Assembly: GCA_041393255.1 (NCBI GenBank)
Contig: JAWKKM010000025.1
Location: forward strand, 6,850-70,849
DNA: 64,000 nt
Origin: Bacteroidales bacterium
Lineage (GTDB): Bacteria; Bacteroidota; Bacteroidia; Bacteroidales; JAADJA01
Direction: 5' to 3'
Positions 22,901 to 32,297 of the stretch are shown one piece after another (the stretch's first letter is position 1; every line of letters starts with the position of its first letter). The notes under the pieces were generated by a model, which had not been told where the DNA came from, ran no database searches, and saw nothing but the letters and a program-made list of their open reading frames with translations. The position numbers and the translations under genes are program-made.

Positions 22901-23301
22901 CCGCCTATACCGGCTCCATGCCCCAATACGTTCCCGTATCCGATATTTCACATATGGAATATACACATTACCTCCTCTCCTTGCTTCCGGGCGATCAACC
23001 CAATAACAAACAGCCCGAAAGTACCAATACCCTGAAACCCGGCGAACTGCTGCAAAATGCCCCCAACCCATTTGCAAAAACTACCCAAATCTGGTACAAA
23101 CTGCAAGGGGAAGCGATTGTTACGGTTAATGTTTTCGACTATACCGGCAAAAAGATACGCAGCAATAAGCTGGGAGTCAAACCCGAGGGTATCCACAGCT
23201 TTCATTTCTCAGCCGATGGGCTTTCATCCGGCATCTATTTCTACAGCCTCGAAATAAACGGGCAGGTAAGCGATTCGAAAAAACTTACCATTATCAAATA
23301 A
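19981..23301 (+). CDS. 1106-aa T9SS cargo protein: N-terminal caspase-fold-like region, parallel beta-helix repeats, TPR-like segment, T9SS CTD
   Basis: Signal peptide present. Beta-helix-type repeats include NNIISNCSDNGLSIYASAAKLANNKIFENDGCGVKLL. A TPR-like stretch reads YESATAQFESGGFSLAMDDYKQVVEEYPETNYAKESL. The CTD is APNPFAKTTQIWYKL...GIYFYSLEINGQVSDSKKLTIIK. The N-terminal fold assignment is by eye only. Confidence 0.7.
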   Translation: MKQFKFLSVLLVALLIATTIFAQFTRQQAIDLILNDVLSDELDNIDVYASFNSFSGDAALIDNDNATNPYAESWVFYVNDSPFASWYHPCRYIFVNTSNGNYSTVDKEIYPQYLSTDFEEISSANRPDPIVMDGTAFVPDPQKVESNYNYALIISAIDDVRNISNVSLIFNVLTQNYNYKEENIIVLYSYDGHNYSNDWGDNLNNIDPEDDIDGPATWATIQQVITEMKGEEPNPVYVLEALGHGDQLAVFFTGVPVNTSGIEPMLYFPTEDQIIGPYPVSGLSEPMEDIDCGQMIFTFDVNSASEIIPYFIGPVGSETKCFNRYLFGSTGNGEKNQAEWYITGGLYSEQIYYWAAAVRGLLPEPTAPWNTLLGFTVGEIDFGLLNPVLTGHTDYQPDLDADGYIQMDEAFIYACNENTGCNYPDNNNFYLPITPGTEVNPSQTDEFPFVGENVLTLAGLSGLLISSANLPERSYIIADSLKVSGNLTFAEKSEIYIHRNRISDNLPTNARLIIEATGTLEIGENCLVANFQEFSPVWAFSAIVVYGDEFIIGEQTHFYNINFSMLKPEGIEYFTMKNIYMENGMARIGNSQNTLIENCTFENVNMWGLATSHLQVSDNEFNKTHTIFSGVDRSSYINLLRNEYEGVCEILFSSYYTCNILNYPKYVVDSNNLTNCLHGIYIYYSGHSDKFFISNNIISNCSDNGLSIYASAAKLANNKIFENDGCGVKLLDHTHCSVQGNPSATYVYQTQEINNNGLQEIYTDQASFPLPINYNAIYDNLSPSDYLLYCELPVTTVKDVRNNFWGDNFYPNVHLYPTAPSGLYLWYPVFELSFEEQEKSDAQLLYESATAQFESGGFSLAMDDYKQVVEEYPETNYAKESLKMLFSAENSSNAEFISLKQYYETNSTILNDSVLAKIAGFLANKCDVELQNWAEAVAWYENVILNPPAFADSIYAIIDLGHLYQLMELNGYKSAYTGSMPQYVPVSDISHMEYTHYLLSLLPGDQPNNKQPESTNTLKPGELLQNAPNPFAKTTQIWYKLQGEAIVTVNVFDYTGKKIRSNKLGVKPEGIHSFHFSADGLSSGIYFYSLEINGQVSDSKKLTIIK

Positions 23302-23503
23302 GCATTGCAATTCATCCGGTGGCTTATCTCCAACGGATGAATGAAAAGATATTGTTAACTGCCGGCGAGCAACACGATCCAATGCCCGGGCGATGAAAAC
23401 ATTCATTTAAAAAACCGGCTTGGTTCATTTTAAAAAATTGCATGTTAATTCAGCAAAGTTCATTTATTTTGCAACGAATATAAACTGCAAAACGCTGAAT
23501 ACT

Positions 23504-24097
23504 ATGAGTGCCGAGTTTCTTAATTCCGATTTATTTGCCTGGGTGGTTTTGCCCATATTGATATTTCTATCCCGTATCCTGGATGTCTCCATCGGGACCA
23601 TGCGGCTTATTTTTGTTTCAAAAGGCTACAAATACATAGCACCCGTGCTTGGATTTTTTGAAGTTACGATCTGGCTACTTGCCATTGGACAAATTATGCA
23701 ACACTTAGACAATGCAATGTGCTATATTGCTTACGGGCTTGGATTTGCTTTTGGAAATTATGTAGGAATTGTACTTGAAAAAAAGATGTCAATCGGAATG
23801 GTACTGATCCGTGTGATCCCCAAAAAAGATACCAGCCAGCTTTCCGATTTTCTTCGCAGCCATTTGTATGGGGTTACGGAGGTGGAAGTGGAAGGAATGA
23901 CCGGAAAAGTTAAGATGATCCTTTCGATCATCAAACGGAAGGACATTAACCACTTTGTGAGTATTGTGAACGAATATAACCCACAGGCGTTTTATACCAT
24001 TGAAGATGTGGGCTCAGTGAAAGAAGGTTTTTTTAAAAAGCACCGAACCTTTTCCGCTTTTGATCATTTGCATTTCCTCCGAAGGAAAGGAAAATAA
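23504..24097 (+). CDS. UPF0316 / DUF2179-family membrane protein
   Basis: The motif LDVSIGTMRLIFVSKGYKYIAPVLGFFEVTIWLLAIGQIM, TM helices, and a C-terminal DUF2179-like domain (GVTEVEVEGMTG...QAFYTIEDV). ATG 23504 (MSAEFLN) is preferred over the ORF-track start 23420. Confidence 0.7.
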   Translation: MSAEFLNSDLFAWVVLPILIFLSRILDVSIGTMRLIFVSKGYKYIAPVLGFFEVTIWLLAIGQIMQHLDNAMCYIAYGLGFAFGNYVGIVLEKKMSIGMVLIRVIPKKDTSQLSDFLRSHLYGVTEVEVEGMTGKVKMILSIIKRKDINHFVSIVNEYNPQAFYTIEDVGSVKEGFFKKHRTFSAFDHLHFLRRKGK

Positions 24098-24117
24098 GAT
24101 TACCATTAACAAAACAA

Positions 24118-26244
24118 CTATTTTTTATCTCCTAATAATTTTAATGCAAACGCATACTCCAATGCATTTTCGCGATACCTTTCAAAACGGCCGGATGCGC
24201 CACCATGGCCAAAATCCATTTGGGTTGAAAGCAATAACAAATTGTTATCCGTTTTCATGTCCCTGAGTTTCGCTACCCATTTTGCCGGTTCCCAATACTG
24301 AACTTGTGAGTCGTGCAGGCCGGTAGTAACTAACATTGCTGGATAATCCTTTGCTTCCACCTGATCGTAGGGCGAATAGGAAAGAATGTAATCATAATAG
24401 GTCTTGTCGTTAGGGTTGCCCCATTCATCATACTCGCCCGTTGTAAGCGGAATGCTTTCATCGAGCATGGTCGTTATCACATCAACAAAAGGAACGGCAG
24501 CGATGACACCTTTATAAAGATCGGGGCGCATATTGACGATGGCCCCCATGAGCAATCCACCGGCGCTTCCGCCCCATGCAAAGCAACGATCAGGACTGGT
24601 GTACCCCTCATTAATGAGTTGCTGAGTGCATGCAATAAAATCGGTAAACGTATTTTTCTTGTTCAGCAATTTCCCATCCTCATACCACTGCCTTCCCATC
24701 TCCTGCCCTCCACGAACATGAGCAATGGCAACAACAAAGCCCCGGTCAAGCAGACTCAGGCGTACCGAACTGAAATAAGGCATTGAGCTATATCCATAGG
24801 CACCATATCCACTGATCCACAAAGGGTTTGTGCCATTTTTGTCCAGGCCTTTTCGATAAACGATAGAAATGGGAACCTTTACACCGTCGGTTGCTGTAGC
24901 AAATAATCTTTTTGACTGGTAATTCTGCGGGTCAAAATCTCCGATTATTTCATCTCTTTTAAGCAGGATCCGATCGCGGCTGGTCATATTAAAATCATAT
25001 ACCGATGAAGGCGTTGTGAGGGAAGAATACATAAACCGCAAAATTTCCGTATCAAATTCCGGGTTTACTGATAAGAAATTAACATAGGTTTCTTCATCAA
25101 ATTCAATGTAATAATCCTTGTTCGTTTTGAGGTTATAAATTCTGATCTTATCCAAACCATCAGCCTTTTCTTTTATTGCCAGAAAGTTTTCAAAAATCTC
25201 AAAATCCTCAATCAAAACATTGACTCGATGGGGAATAACCTCCTTCCAAAACTCTTTGTTTGTGCGGTTTACTGGTGTTTCCATCAGCCTGAAATTCTGA
25301 GCTTCAGAATTTGTAAGGACATAAAACTTGTCCTTGTAATGCTGAACCGAATACAACAGATCATCCTCACGTGGATAAAACACTTTGAACGCTCCATCCG
25401 GATTATTGGCATCAAGGATTTGGTATTCGGATGACAGCGTACTATAAGATTGAACAAAGAGAAACTTTCGTGACTTCGATTTTGAAATATCTGCTGTATA
25501 GGTAGCATCCTTCTCATGAAAGATCAATGCATCTTCACCCTTTTGCCCCAGCTTATGCCTATAAATTTTGCAAGGTCTTAAGGTTTCATCTTTTACAACA
25601 TAAAACAACGTTTGATTATCATTGGCCCAGGTAACAGATCCTGAAGTATTATCCACTTTGTCTTCGAAGAATTCCCCGGTTTCCAGGTTCTTTACAAAAA
25701 GGGAATACTTCCTGCGGCTGACGGTATCAACACTGTAGGCCAACAAATTGTTATCAGTACTTACACTCCAGTCACCAACCTGATAATAAGCATAACCCGC
25801 TGCCATTTCATTTACATTTAATAAAACTTCTTCCGATGATTCCAGGTTATCCTTTTTACGGCAGTAAAGCGGGTATTCCTTCCCTTCTTCATATCGGGTA
25901 TAATAATAATACCCATTGTACTTGTAAGGAACAGTTTCATCATCCTGCTTGATACGGCCCACCATCTCATCGAACAGCTCTTCCTGAAGTTCTTTTGTGT
26001 CTTTCATTTGGGCTTCGGTATATTCGTTTTCAGCAGTGAGATAAGCTATGACTTCCGGGTTTTCCCGTTCATTCAGCCAAAAGTATTCATCAATGCGGGT
26101 ATCGCCATGAATTGTTAATTCCTTTTGGATTTTTTTTGCAACCGGTGCCTTGTTGGATCCGGAATTCTGATCGGAACAAGAACCAAAAACCATAAAAACA
26201 AGAATACCAAATGTCAACACGAACAAACGGGATAAGCTTTTCAT
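24118..26244 (-). CDS. ptrB: S9A serine peptidase, oligopeptidase B type
   Basis: 708 aa. The N-terminal propeller starts HGDTRIDEYFWLNERENPEVIAYLTAENEYT. The catalytic Ser motif is GGSAGGLLMG, and the C-terminal catalytic domain carries D/H. The leader is lipoprotein-like (FGSCSDQ). Confidence 0.85.
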   Translation of the reverse strand: MKSLSRLFVLTFGILVFMVFGSCSDQNSGSNKAPVAKKIQKELTIHGDTRIDEYFWLNERENPEVIAYLTAENEYTEAQMKDTKELQEELFDEMVGRIKQDDETVPYKYNGYYYYTRYEEGKEYPLYCRKKDNLESSEEVLLNVNEMAAGYAYYQVGDWSVSTDNNLLAYSVDTVSRRKYSLFVKNLETGEFFEDKVDNTSGSVTWANDNQTLFYVVKDETLRPCKIYRHKLGQKGEDALIFHEKDATYTADISKSKSRKFLFVQSYSTLSSEYQILDANNPDGAFKVFYPREDDLLYSVQHYKDKFYVLTNSEAQNFRLMETPVNRTNKEFWKEVIPHRVNVLIEDFEIFENFLAIKEKADGLDKIRIYNLKTNKDYYIEFDEETYVNFLSVNPEFDTEILRFMYSSLTTPSSVYDFNMTSRDRILLKRDEIIGDFDPQNYQSKRLFATATDGVKVPISIVYRKGLDKNGTNPLWISGYGAYGYSSMPYFSSVRLSLLDRGFVVAIAHVRGGQEMGRQWYEDGKLLNKKNTFTDFIACTQQLINEGYTSPDRCFAWGGSAGGLLMGAIVNMRPDLYKGVIAAVPFVDVITTMLDESIPLTTGEYDEWGNPNDKTYYDYILSYSPYDQVEAKDYPAMLVTTGLHDSQVQYWEPAKWVAKLRDMKTDNNLLLLSTQMDFGHGGASGRFERYRENALEYAFALKLLGDKK

Positions 26245-26386
26245 TTTTTTAAATTTTATAAATAAATAGTAAAATTGATATAAATGCTGATTCGAAAAAT
26301 CGGGATGGACAAACTAAAGAATTCAAATTCATTAAGAATATGTTGAATTTAAATAATACTCATACTTTTATCTGTTTCCTAAAGTA

Positions 26387-28717
26387 CTAGAAATAAAACA
26401 TCAGGCCAAAACTTGGCATAATGGGTAATTGGTAAACATTTTCGCCCGTAATCCGCTCCCTGTAAAAAATATTTTCCCTGTCATAAACATTGGTTACACT
26501 TAAGTTTGCTTCAAGGCGCGTATGTTTATTGAACTTAAACGTTTTTTTCAATCCTATGTCGAGGCGGTGATAATTAGGTAGCTGGCCGGTGTTTATATCT
26601 GCATACAGAATCCCAAGCTCCTCATTGGTAGTGGTATAATCGCTGAAAATACCATCCAAAAACGTAATCTGCGGGTAATAACCCTGAGTTAAGGTAAACG
26701 GAAAGCCCGATCCATAGTTCCAGCGGGCACTAAACTCCCAGTCGTATTTACCTCCAAAAACATACGATGCCACCAGGTTGACATTATGCCTGCGATCGTA
26801 ATGCGGAGCATAAGTTTTTATGCTGCCATCAATATCTTCATAGTTTCGTCTTACATATCCCAATGAATATACTGCCCAAACATAAATCCTGTTGAAATCA
26901 TACTTAAGGGTAAAATCTACGCCTGTTGCGTAGCCTGTTTCAATAATAAAATCCTTTGTGATAATATCGGGCTCATCAGGGTTTTTATTCTCATCCAAAA
27001 GCTTATTTCGATTGATGTTCGTCAGTTGAGAAAAGTTTTTATAATACCCTTCAATATTAAGGGTTATATTTTTAAACACATCGTATTCAAATCCCAAAAT
27101 GGCGTGCTGGGCCTTTTGAAGCTTATGTGTAATTGGCTCACCATCATATTCCTTGGGAAGGTTATCAGGCCCGGACAAAAAGCCGTTGAACAGGTTGACA
27201 ACATCACGGTCGGAACGGGCACTGATCAGGTTTTGCGAATAAAATCCTCCGGCAAACTTAACCCTGAAACGATCGGAGGCATTAAATTTCATGGCCAGCC
27301 TCGGCTCCAGCGAAAGATTGGATAATGAGGCATAATATTGCATACGAACGCTGGGTTCGATCAACCATTTGCCGGCTGTTTTTTTATATTTCACATATAC
27401 GCCCAATTCTGTTGTATTTTCCTCTTGTGAAATTTCATAGCCCAAGGCATTATAAAACAAATAATTGGTTTTAAATCCCAGGATTTCAATCCCATACTTT
27501 AACTCATCTTTCCCGATAAAGTATGTAAAATCAAATCCCAGGTTAAAGCCATTAATAGAACTTGAACGCGGCAATGATGCCTCCTCTTCAAGTGTGATCT
27601 CATATTGCGAATAGGCCAGGTGTCCTTCAATCAATACGGGCGAATTTCCGGGAATAACCAGAAAATTGGTACCTCCGCCATACGATTCCCAATGATAATC
27701 GGACAGGGCTTTATAGTTGTTCACCCTGTCGGTAAAGCCGAAACCGAAAAAGTTGACTTTACTTCCATTGGCACCCCCCAACGAAATTTTACCATAGATA
27801 TCGGTATAGTTAAATGGCAAACCATCTTCATCAATATAATCATAGAAAATTTTTGAACTTTGTTCGAGATAAGAGTTTTTAGCCGATAATATAAACGACG
27901 AACTTCCCTTTCCTTCTTTCATTTTTTTAAGTGGCCCTTCAATCAATAAATTAGCACCAAAGGTACTGGCCCCAGCTTTACCTGAAATCCGCGTTTTGTT
28001 TCCATCTCGTGTAGTAATGTCCATGATGGATGAAATTCGTCCTCCGTACTCTGCACCAAAACCACCTGTATAAACGTCTGCATTTCGCAAAATATCGGTT
28101 TCAAAAACAGAAAACATTCCAATGGAGTGAAAAGGATTGTAGATGATCATACCATCCAGCAGCACCTTGTTTTGAATGGGCGAGCCCCCGCGAATGTACA
28201 ATTGACCACCCTGATCACCCGTAAAAACCACACCGGGCAACACCTGAAGATACTGGGCCAGATCGGGTTGGCCGCCAACAGCAGGAATGGAATTAATTTG
28301 TTTGGGTGTGATCTTAACAACCGATGTGCGGGTTTCGGTCCGGGCCTCTTCACGGTCGGCAGTCACCTGCACTTGTTCAAGGGTATAGGAAGCGCTCTCC
28401 AAAAAAAGTTTCTTTAATATAATTTCATCAGCACTTACACTAACCGGCATTTGAAGCGTATCAAAACCCAGGTAGGTTACCATAAGTGTGTATGAGCCCG
28501 ATGGGATTCTCGAAATGGAAAAATATCCGTTTACATCAGTTGCTGCCCCATAAGTAGTGCCTTGCAAATAAACATTGGTAAATATCACCGGCTCACCGGT
28601 TTCTTTCTCATACACAAAACCCCTTATTGTACCTTCCTGCGATTGAGCTTTTTGTGTAAAAGCAATTGAAAAAAATGAAAAAACAAGAATGAAAAAAAGA
28701 AGCTCTTTGGTTTTCAT
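26387..28717 (-). CDS. TonB-dependent receptor with an N-terminal carboxypeptidase-regulatory-like domain
   Basis: 776 aa. The CarboxypepD_reg pattern is TIRGFVYEKETGEPVIFTNVYLQGTTYGAATDVNGYFSISRIPSGSYTLMVTYLGFD. A plug region follows (IRGGSPIQNKVLLDGMIIYNP). The C-terminus ends in an aromatic beta-barrel signature (...GLMFYF). No SusD-like neighbour is present. Confidence 0.85.
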   Translation of the reverse strand: MKTKELLFFILVFSFFSIAFTQKAQSQEGTIRGFVYEKETGEPVIFTNVYLQGTTYGAATDVNGYFSISRIPSGSYTLMVTYLGFDTLQMPVSVSADEIILKKLFLESASYTLEQVQVTADREEARTETRTSVVKITPKQINSIPAVGGQPDLAQYLQVLPGVVFTGDQGGQLYIRGGSPIQNKVLLDGMIIYNPFHSIGMFSVFETDILRNADVYTGGFGAEYGGRISSIMDITTRDGNKTRISGKAGASTFGANLLIEGPLKKMKEGKGSSSFILSAKNSYLEQSSKIFYDYIDEDGLPFNYTDIYGKISLGGANGSKVNFFGFGFTDRVNNYKALSDYHWESYGGGTNFLVIPGNSPVLIEGHLAYSQYEITLEEEASLPRSSSINGFNLGFDFTYFIGKDELKYGIEILGFKTNYLFYNALGYEISQEENTTELGVYVKYKKTAGKWLIEPSVRMQYYASLSNLSLEPRLAMKFNASDRFRVKFAGGFYSQNLISARSDRDVVNLFNGFLSGPDNLPKEYDGEPITHKLQKAQHAILGFEYDVFKNITLNIEGYYKNFSQLTNINRNKLLDENKNPDEPDIITKDFIIETGYATGVDFTLKYDFNRIYVWAVYSLGYVRRNYEDIDGSIKTYAPHYDRRHNVNLVASYVFGGKYDWEFSARWNYGSGFPFTLTQGYYPQITFLDGIFSDYTTTNEELGILYADINTGQLPNYHRLDIGLKKTFKFNKHTRLEANLSVTNVYDRENIFYRERITGENVYQLPIMPSFGLMFYF

Positions 28718-28930
28718 ATTATATCTGAATTTCTTAATCTGATTGATCCATTAAATACTAAGCACAAAGTAAAAGAAAATATAAATGTGATAGAAAGATT
28801 ATTTAATTTACCAATGGCTTAAATCAGTTAACGGTAGGTTTAATTAAGCTAAAGGATGATTCAATCAAAAATGAACCAGGAAAAATCAAGTAAATCCTCC
28901 AATTTTTACCAATACCTGCTCACTTTCAAA

Positions 28931-29165
28931 CCCCTCTCAGCGTAGTCTCCTGACTACGCCGCTTGTGAACCAGCAATCTCCCATTACAACCTAACAACCT
29001 TTGCCCTCCGCAGCTTCAGCGTAGGAGGGCCCTGCTTCTTTTTGGTGTTGTCACCAAAAAGCAGATTTTCCGTTCCCTGATCCTTTTCAACCGATAACTT
29101 TTTTTTCTTGTTTTTCAAAAAAACATATTTATCTTAGCAAAACCAAAACAACAACATAAATGGCC
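28931..29165. repeat. composite REP-like hairpin block (R-block), copy A, at the 5' border of cassette A
   Basis: It contains hairpins GCGTAGTC-TCCT-GACTACGC and GCCCTCC-N14-GGAGGGC, followed by CTGCTTCTTTTTGGTGTTGTCAC.AAAAAGCAGATTTTCCG.TCCCTGATC.TTTTCAACCGATAACTTTTTT. This is near-identical to 36385-36550 and partly to 42745-42860. Confidence 0.8.
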
Positions 29166-29248
29166 AATATTATCAATACAGGGTCAAATAATAAAACTTC
29201 TTTTATAGATGCTATACAGGAATCTTTCAATATTGGAATTTTAAGTAT

Positions 29249-29381
29249 TGAGTCCACTCCGAAAAGACAAACAGGACGTCATTGCGAGGGCGAAGCCCGA
29301 AGCAATCTGTTGATCTTATGTGACGAAAGATTGCTTCGCTGCGCTCGCAAAGACGATAAATCACTTTTCGGCGTGGACTCA
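29249..29381. mobile_element. 133-bp palindromic MITE-like element built from an inverted pair of REP units
   Basis: The terminal inverted repeats are TGAGTCCACTCCGAAAAG (29249-) and CTTTTCGGCGTGGACTCA (-29381). Its interior carries GTCATTGCGAGGGCGAAGCCCGAAGCAATCT facing AGATTGCTTCGCTGCGCTCGCAAAGAC. AGTAT flanks both sides (29244-29248 and 29382-29386). The element is absent from the paralogous leader of cassette B. Confidence 0.65.
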
Positions 29382-29447
29382 AGTATCGGAATTTGGAATT
29401 TGATCCCCTTTGCAATTAACCCCGTTTTTTGTTCGGAATTTCTAATA

Positions 29448-29602
29448 CCCCCCCCCCTCAATAAGTTACACAACCGGCACCTTTATAAAGTATAATACCT
29501 ATGTACACCGCTTGTTTTTATTTTGAAAAATTCAAAAAGCTAACAGCCAATGCCAACCAATCTAAGCAAAAAACAAAAAGTATAATTTGAAATAAAAAAC
29601 CA
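29448..29602 (+). promoter_or_regulatory. conserved leader/promoter block of cassette A, starting with a C10 homopolymer
   Basis: C10 at 29448-29457 is followed by TCAATAAGTTACA.AACCGGCA.CTTT.TAAAGT...AAAAAGCTAACAGC.AATGCCAACCAATC. Identity to 36667-36820 upstream of cassette B is roughly 85-90% by eye, at least as high as the adjoining coding sequence. Confidence 0.5.
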
Positions 29603-30703
29603 ATGAAGAGGAATATTTTAATTTTAAGTATAGTAGCAGGGGCAATAATAATTGTATTTTCCTGCTCCAAGGAAATGTCAAACAATTTTGATACCGGCAC
29701 AAGCAAAAACAACCAATTGACCGAATATGAAATCCAGGTAAACAAGAGCATAAAAGATTTCAAACAGAAGATGGCTTATTGCCGCGAAAACCCCCACCTG
29801 AAAAGCGGGGAAACCATACCCGCCGATTCAGCCGTATGGCTATTGGAGGCAACCATCAATTTCTCCCATGCGTTCCCCAATGAGTACAGCTAAATGAATT
29901 TGAAACCGACAGCCTGACCTTAACAGTTGCCCGCAATGCAGATGGCAGTGTGGACATCAATGAGTTGACAACAAAATACGATGAAATGAAACAGGCTGTG
30001 GCCGATGTTTACCACAGTTCAGGGTTTGAGGGAAAAGGGCTGGCAGTAGTTGACCTTTCAGAAACTTCCCAATCCCCTGATGAAATTACCATTACTATTC
30101 AAACGGTTACCGGGGACAAAGGCAATGAAACACCTTCACCCACCTTAGGGGTAAATGGCCCGTTTATACAAGGAGATGATTGGTGGTATGGCGAATTGTT
30201 AGGTCATTGTGACCCCCATACGCCAAGCAGTACTGATGCTGCAATAAAACTATATACCGCAATGAATACTTATTATCTGAACAAAATGCAGGATTGTATT
30301 TTGTAAGCCCAGTTTCATTTTTTCGAAAAGGGGGTGATGATAATGTAAGAAGAGTAGGTGATCCTGATCCGTTAGATAATAATCAAGATTATTATCTCTA
30401 TAGTATTATTGAAGGAGATGAAAATATAAATTTTGATGTAGATATGCTATGTCTTGAATGGACCGAAATGAATATCCATTTCAACCTGATGAAATACTAT
30501 ATCTATTATCGGATCTATGGTGTTATTCTTCCTGCTAATTATAAACCGTTTGAACTAACTACTAGACTGGGTTTTTTTATGAAGGTTTTGAACCTAACGG
30601 TACTCATTATTACCATAGTTTCACATTTCGATTCGGTATCCCTATTGGGTATGGTGAAGGTGAAGGACCAGGAGGAAATTTGTTGAAACCTTCCTTTTCT
30701 TAG
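29603..30703 (+). pseudogene. cassette A gene 1: lipoprotein of unknown function (paralog of 36821-37885), at least 3 frameshifts
   Basis: The lipobox is IIIVFSCSKE. Fragments 29603-29893, 29950-30306 and 30294-30686 align colinearly with the intact 354-aa paralog (..FPNEY..EF.TDSLTL...DGSVD..EL...YD.MK..VA..). The last shift is at the T-run near 30571-30577, and the stop is 30701-30703. Confidence 0.7.
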
Positions 30704-30803
30704 GATAATTTCAATGAAGCCTGAAGCTAATTGGACAATTATTTTCTGACTTCAGGCTTACATTAAGAAAATATAGATCAAATTATTAAAAATTATACTC
30801 CTT

Positions 30804-32285
30804 ATGAAAATCATACAAATATTTATATTCTTTCACCTTGTATTGATCAGTAGTTTTTGTTGTGGACAATACTCATTTGAATATAAAAAGGTTGGAAGTA
30901 ATAATGAAGGTTTATTTTACACATTTGAAAACTCTTCAAGTAATTATATTTCCGTTGGAGGAGGAAACAGTCAATGGGGTGTTGAGGACCCAACTTCAGC
31001 CTTAATTGTCAGAAATTGGAAGCAGGAAATGTAATAAATGAAGTTTATCAAACCAAACCGGATACAAGTTTTTCTTACTGGTACGGCTTTGAAAAAGAAA
31101 ATGGAAATTATTTCATTGTCGGTACGCTTTCCGATTCTGTATCTTATTATGATGAAAATGTTATCTACGTCTGTGAATTGACAAATTCTTTCAATCTGGT
31201 TTGGGAAAAATTTCATTTGTTCCCTTCCCCTTACAGAGATTGCAAGATCATTCACCATCTGATATTGCCGGACAATACCGTATTGATTGAAGGGAAAGCA
31301 GATTCTTCGCAATACAGTTTTAACGATCTTTTATTCACTGTTTTATTAGATCAGGATGGCAGCCTACTCGATTTCAATTTCTATGAGCACTGGAAAGAAT
31401 ATGGTGTTTACAGTGATATGATTTTTAACCAGGATACTACTGCAATTCAGTTTTTCGGGTCGTTTGCGTATTTATCTATAGGCATTGTTGCCACTTATTT
31501 TGAGATGGATTTAGACCTAAACATTATTAATAGTAGCATAAAATCAGAATTGCCAAACGGAGATTATATTAACTCCCCTTTTTCTATTGCATGGTTACCT
31601 TCTGGCAACCTGATTTCGTCTGATAGATGGGTCGATTATGGCGTTGGGGATTTAGGCTTGAAAATGACATTGATGGATGAAGAATTGAATGTTCTTCAAA
31701 CCCATACCATTGAATACGGTGGATTTTGTTATACACCAGTTTACGATGGCCTGGGATATGTTGACCCCGATAATATATGGGTCACAACATTCAGGGGAGC
31801 ATCTACAAGCTGGCCGGGAATTGAATTGCTGCATTTGCACATTTTTGATTCCAACCTCAACCTGAAAGGGGTGAAAGAATACGGGGATACAAGGTACTGG
31901 TTATGGAACCAAGTGGTAACTTCAGACGGCGGGTGCCTTGTTACAGGAATGATCCCCGATTGCGAAGGCTGTGATAACCACGATGGCTATATATTAAAGG
32001 TTATGCCGAAAGATGTTATTACAAAAATACCTGAAATTTCAGATAGCCTGCAAAATAATATTTCGGTTTATCCAAATCCTTTCAATGAAAGTATCACAAT
32101 TAAATGCGGGTATTCTAGGCTTTGACTTTTACATGTTTGATTTTACAGGCCAGCTTGTTTTAGAGTACAGTAATCAGTTTAACAATTGCAATATCAATAC
32201 AATGGATGTAATAAATGGCCTGTATTTCTATAAAATTATTAAGGATGGCAAAACCATTCAAACAAGTAAATTATTGAAAAATTAA
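30804..32285 (+). pseudogene. cassette A gene 2: secreted beta-rich protein with a T9SS CTD (paralog of 37913-39392), 2 frameshifts
   Basis: Fragments are 30804-31034, 31016-32125 and 32013-32285. Shared motifs with the paralog are KENGNYF(I/L)(V/I)G, WLP(S/D)GN, DPDNIWV and DG(G/S)C(L/I)(V/I)TGM(I/V)P. The CTD reads VYPNPFNESITIK...GLYFYKIIKDGKTIQTSKLLKN. Confidence 0.7.
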
Positions 32286-32297
32286 AAAAATAAAACA

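Noticed and set aside
26387-28717. TonB-dependent receptor as part of a polysaccharide utilisation locus.
   Set aside because: There is no adjacent SusD-like gene or glycoside hydrolase. The neighbours are a peptidase and repeat DNA.
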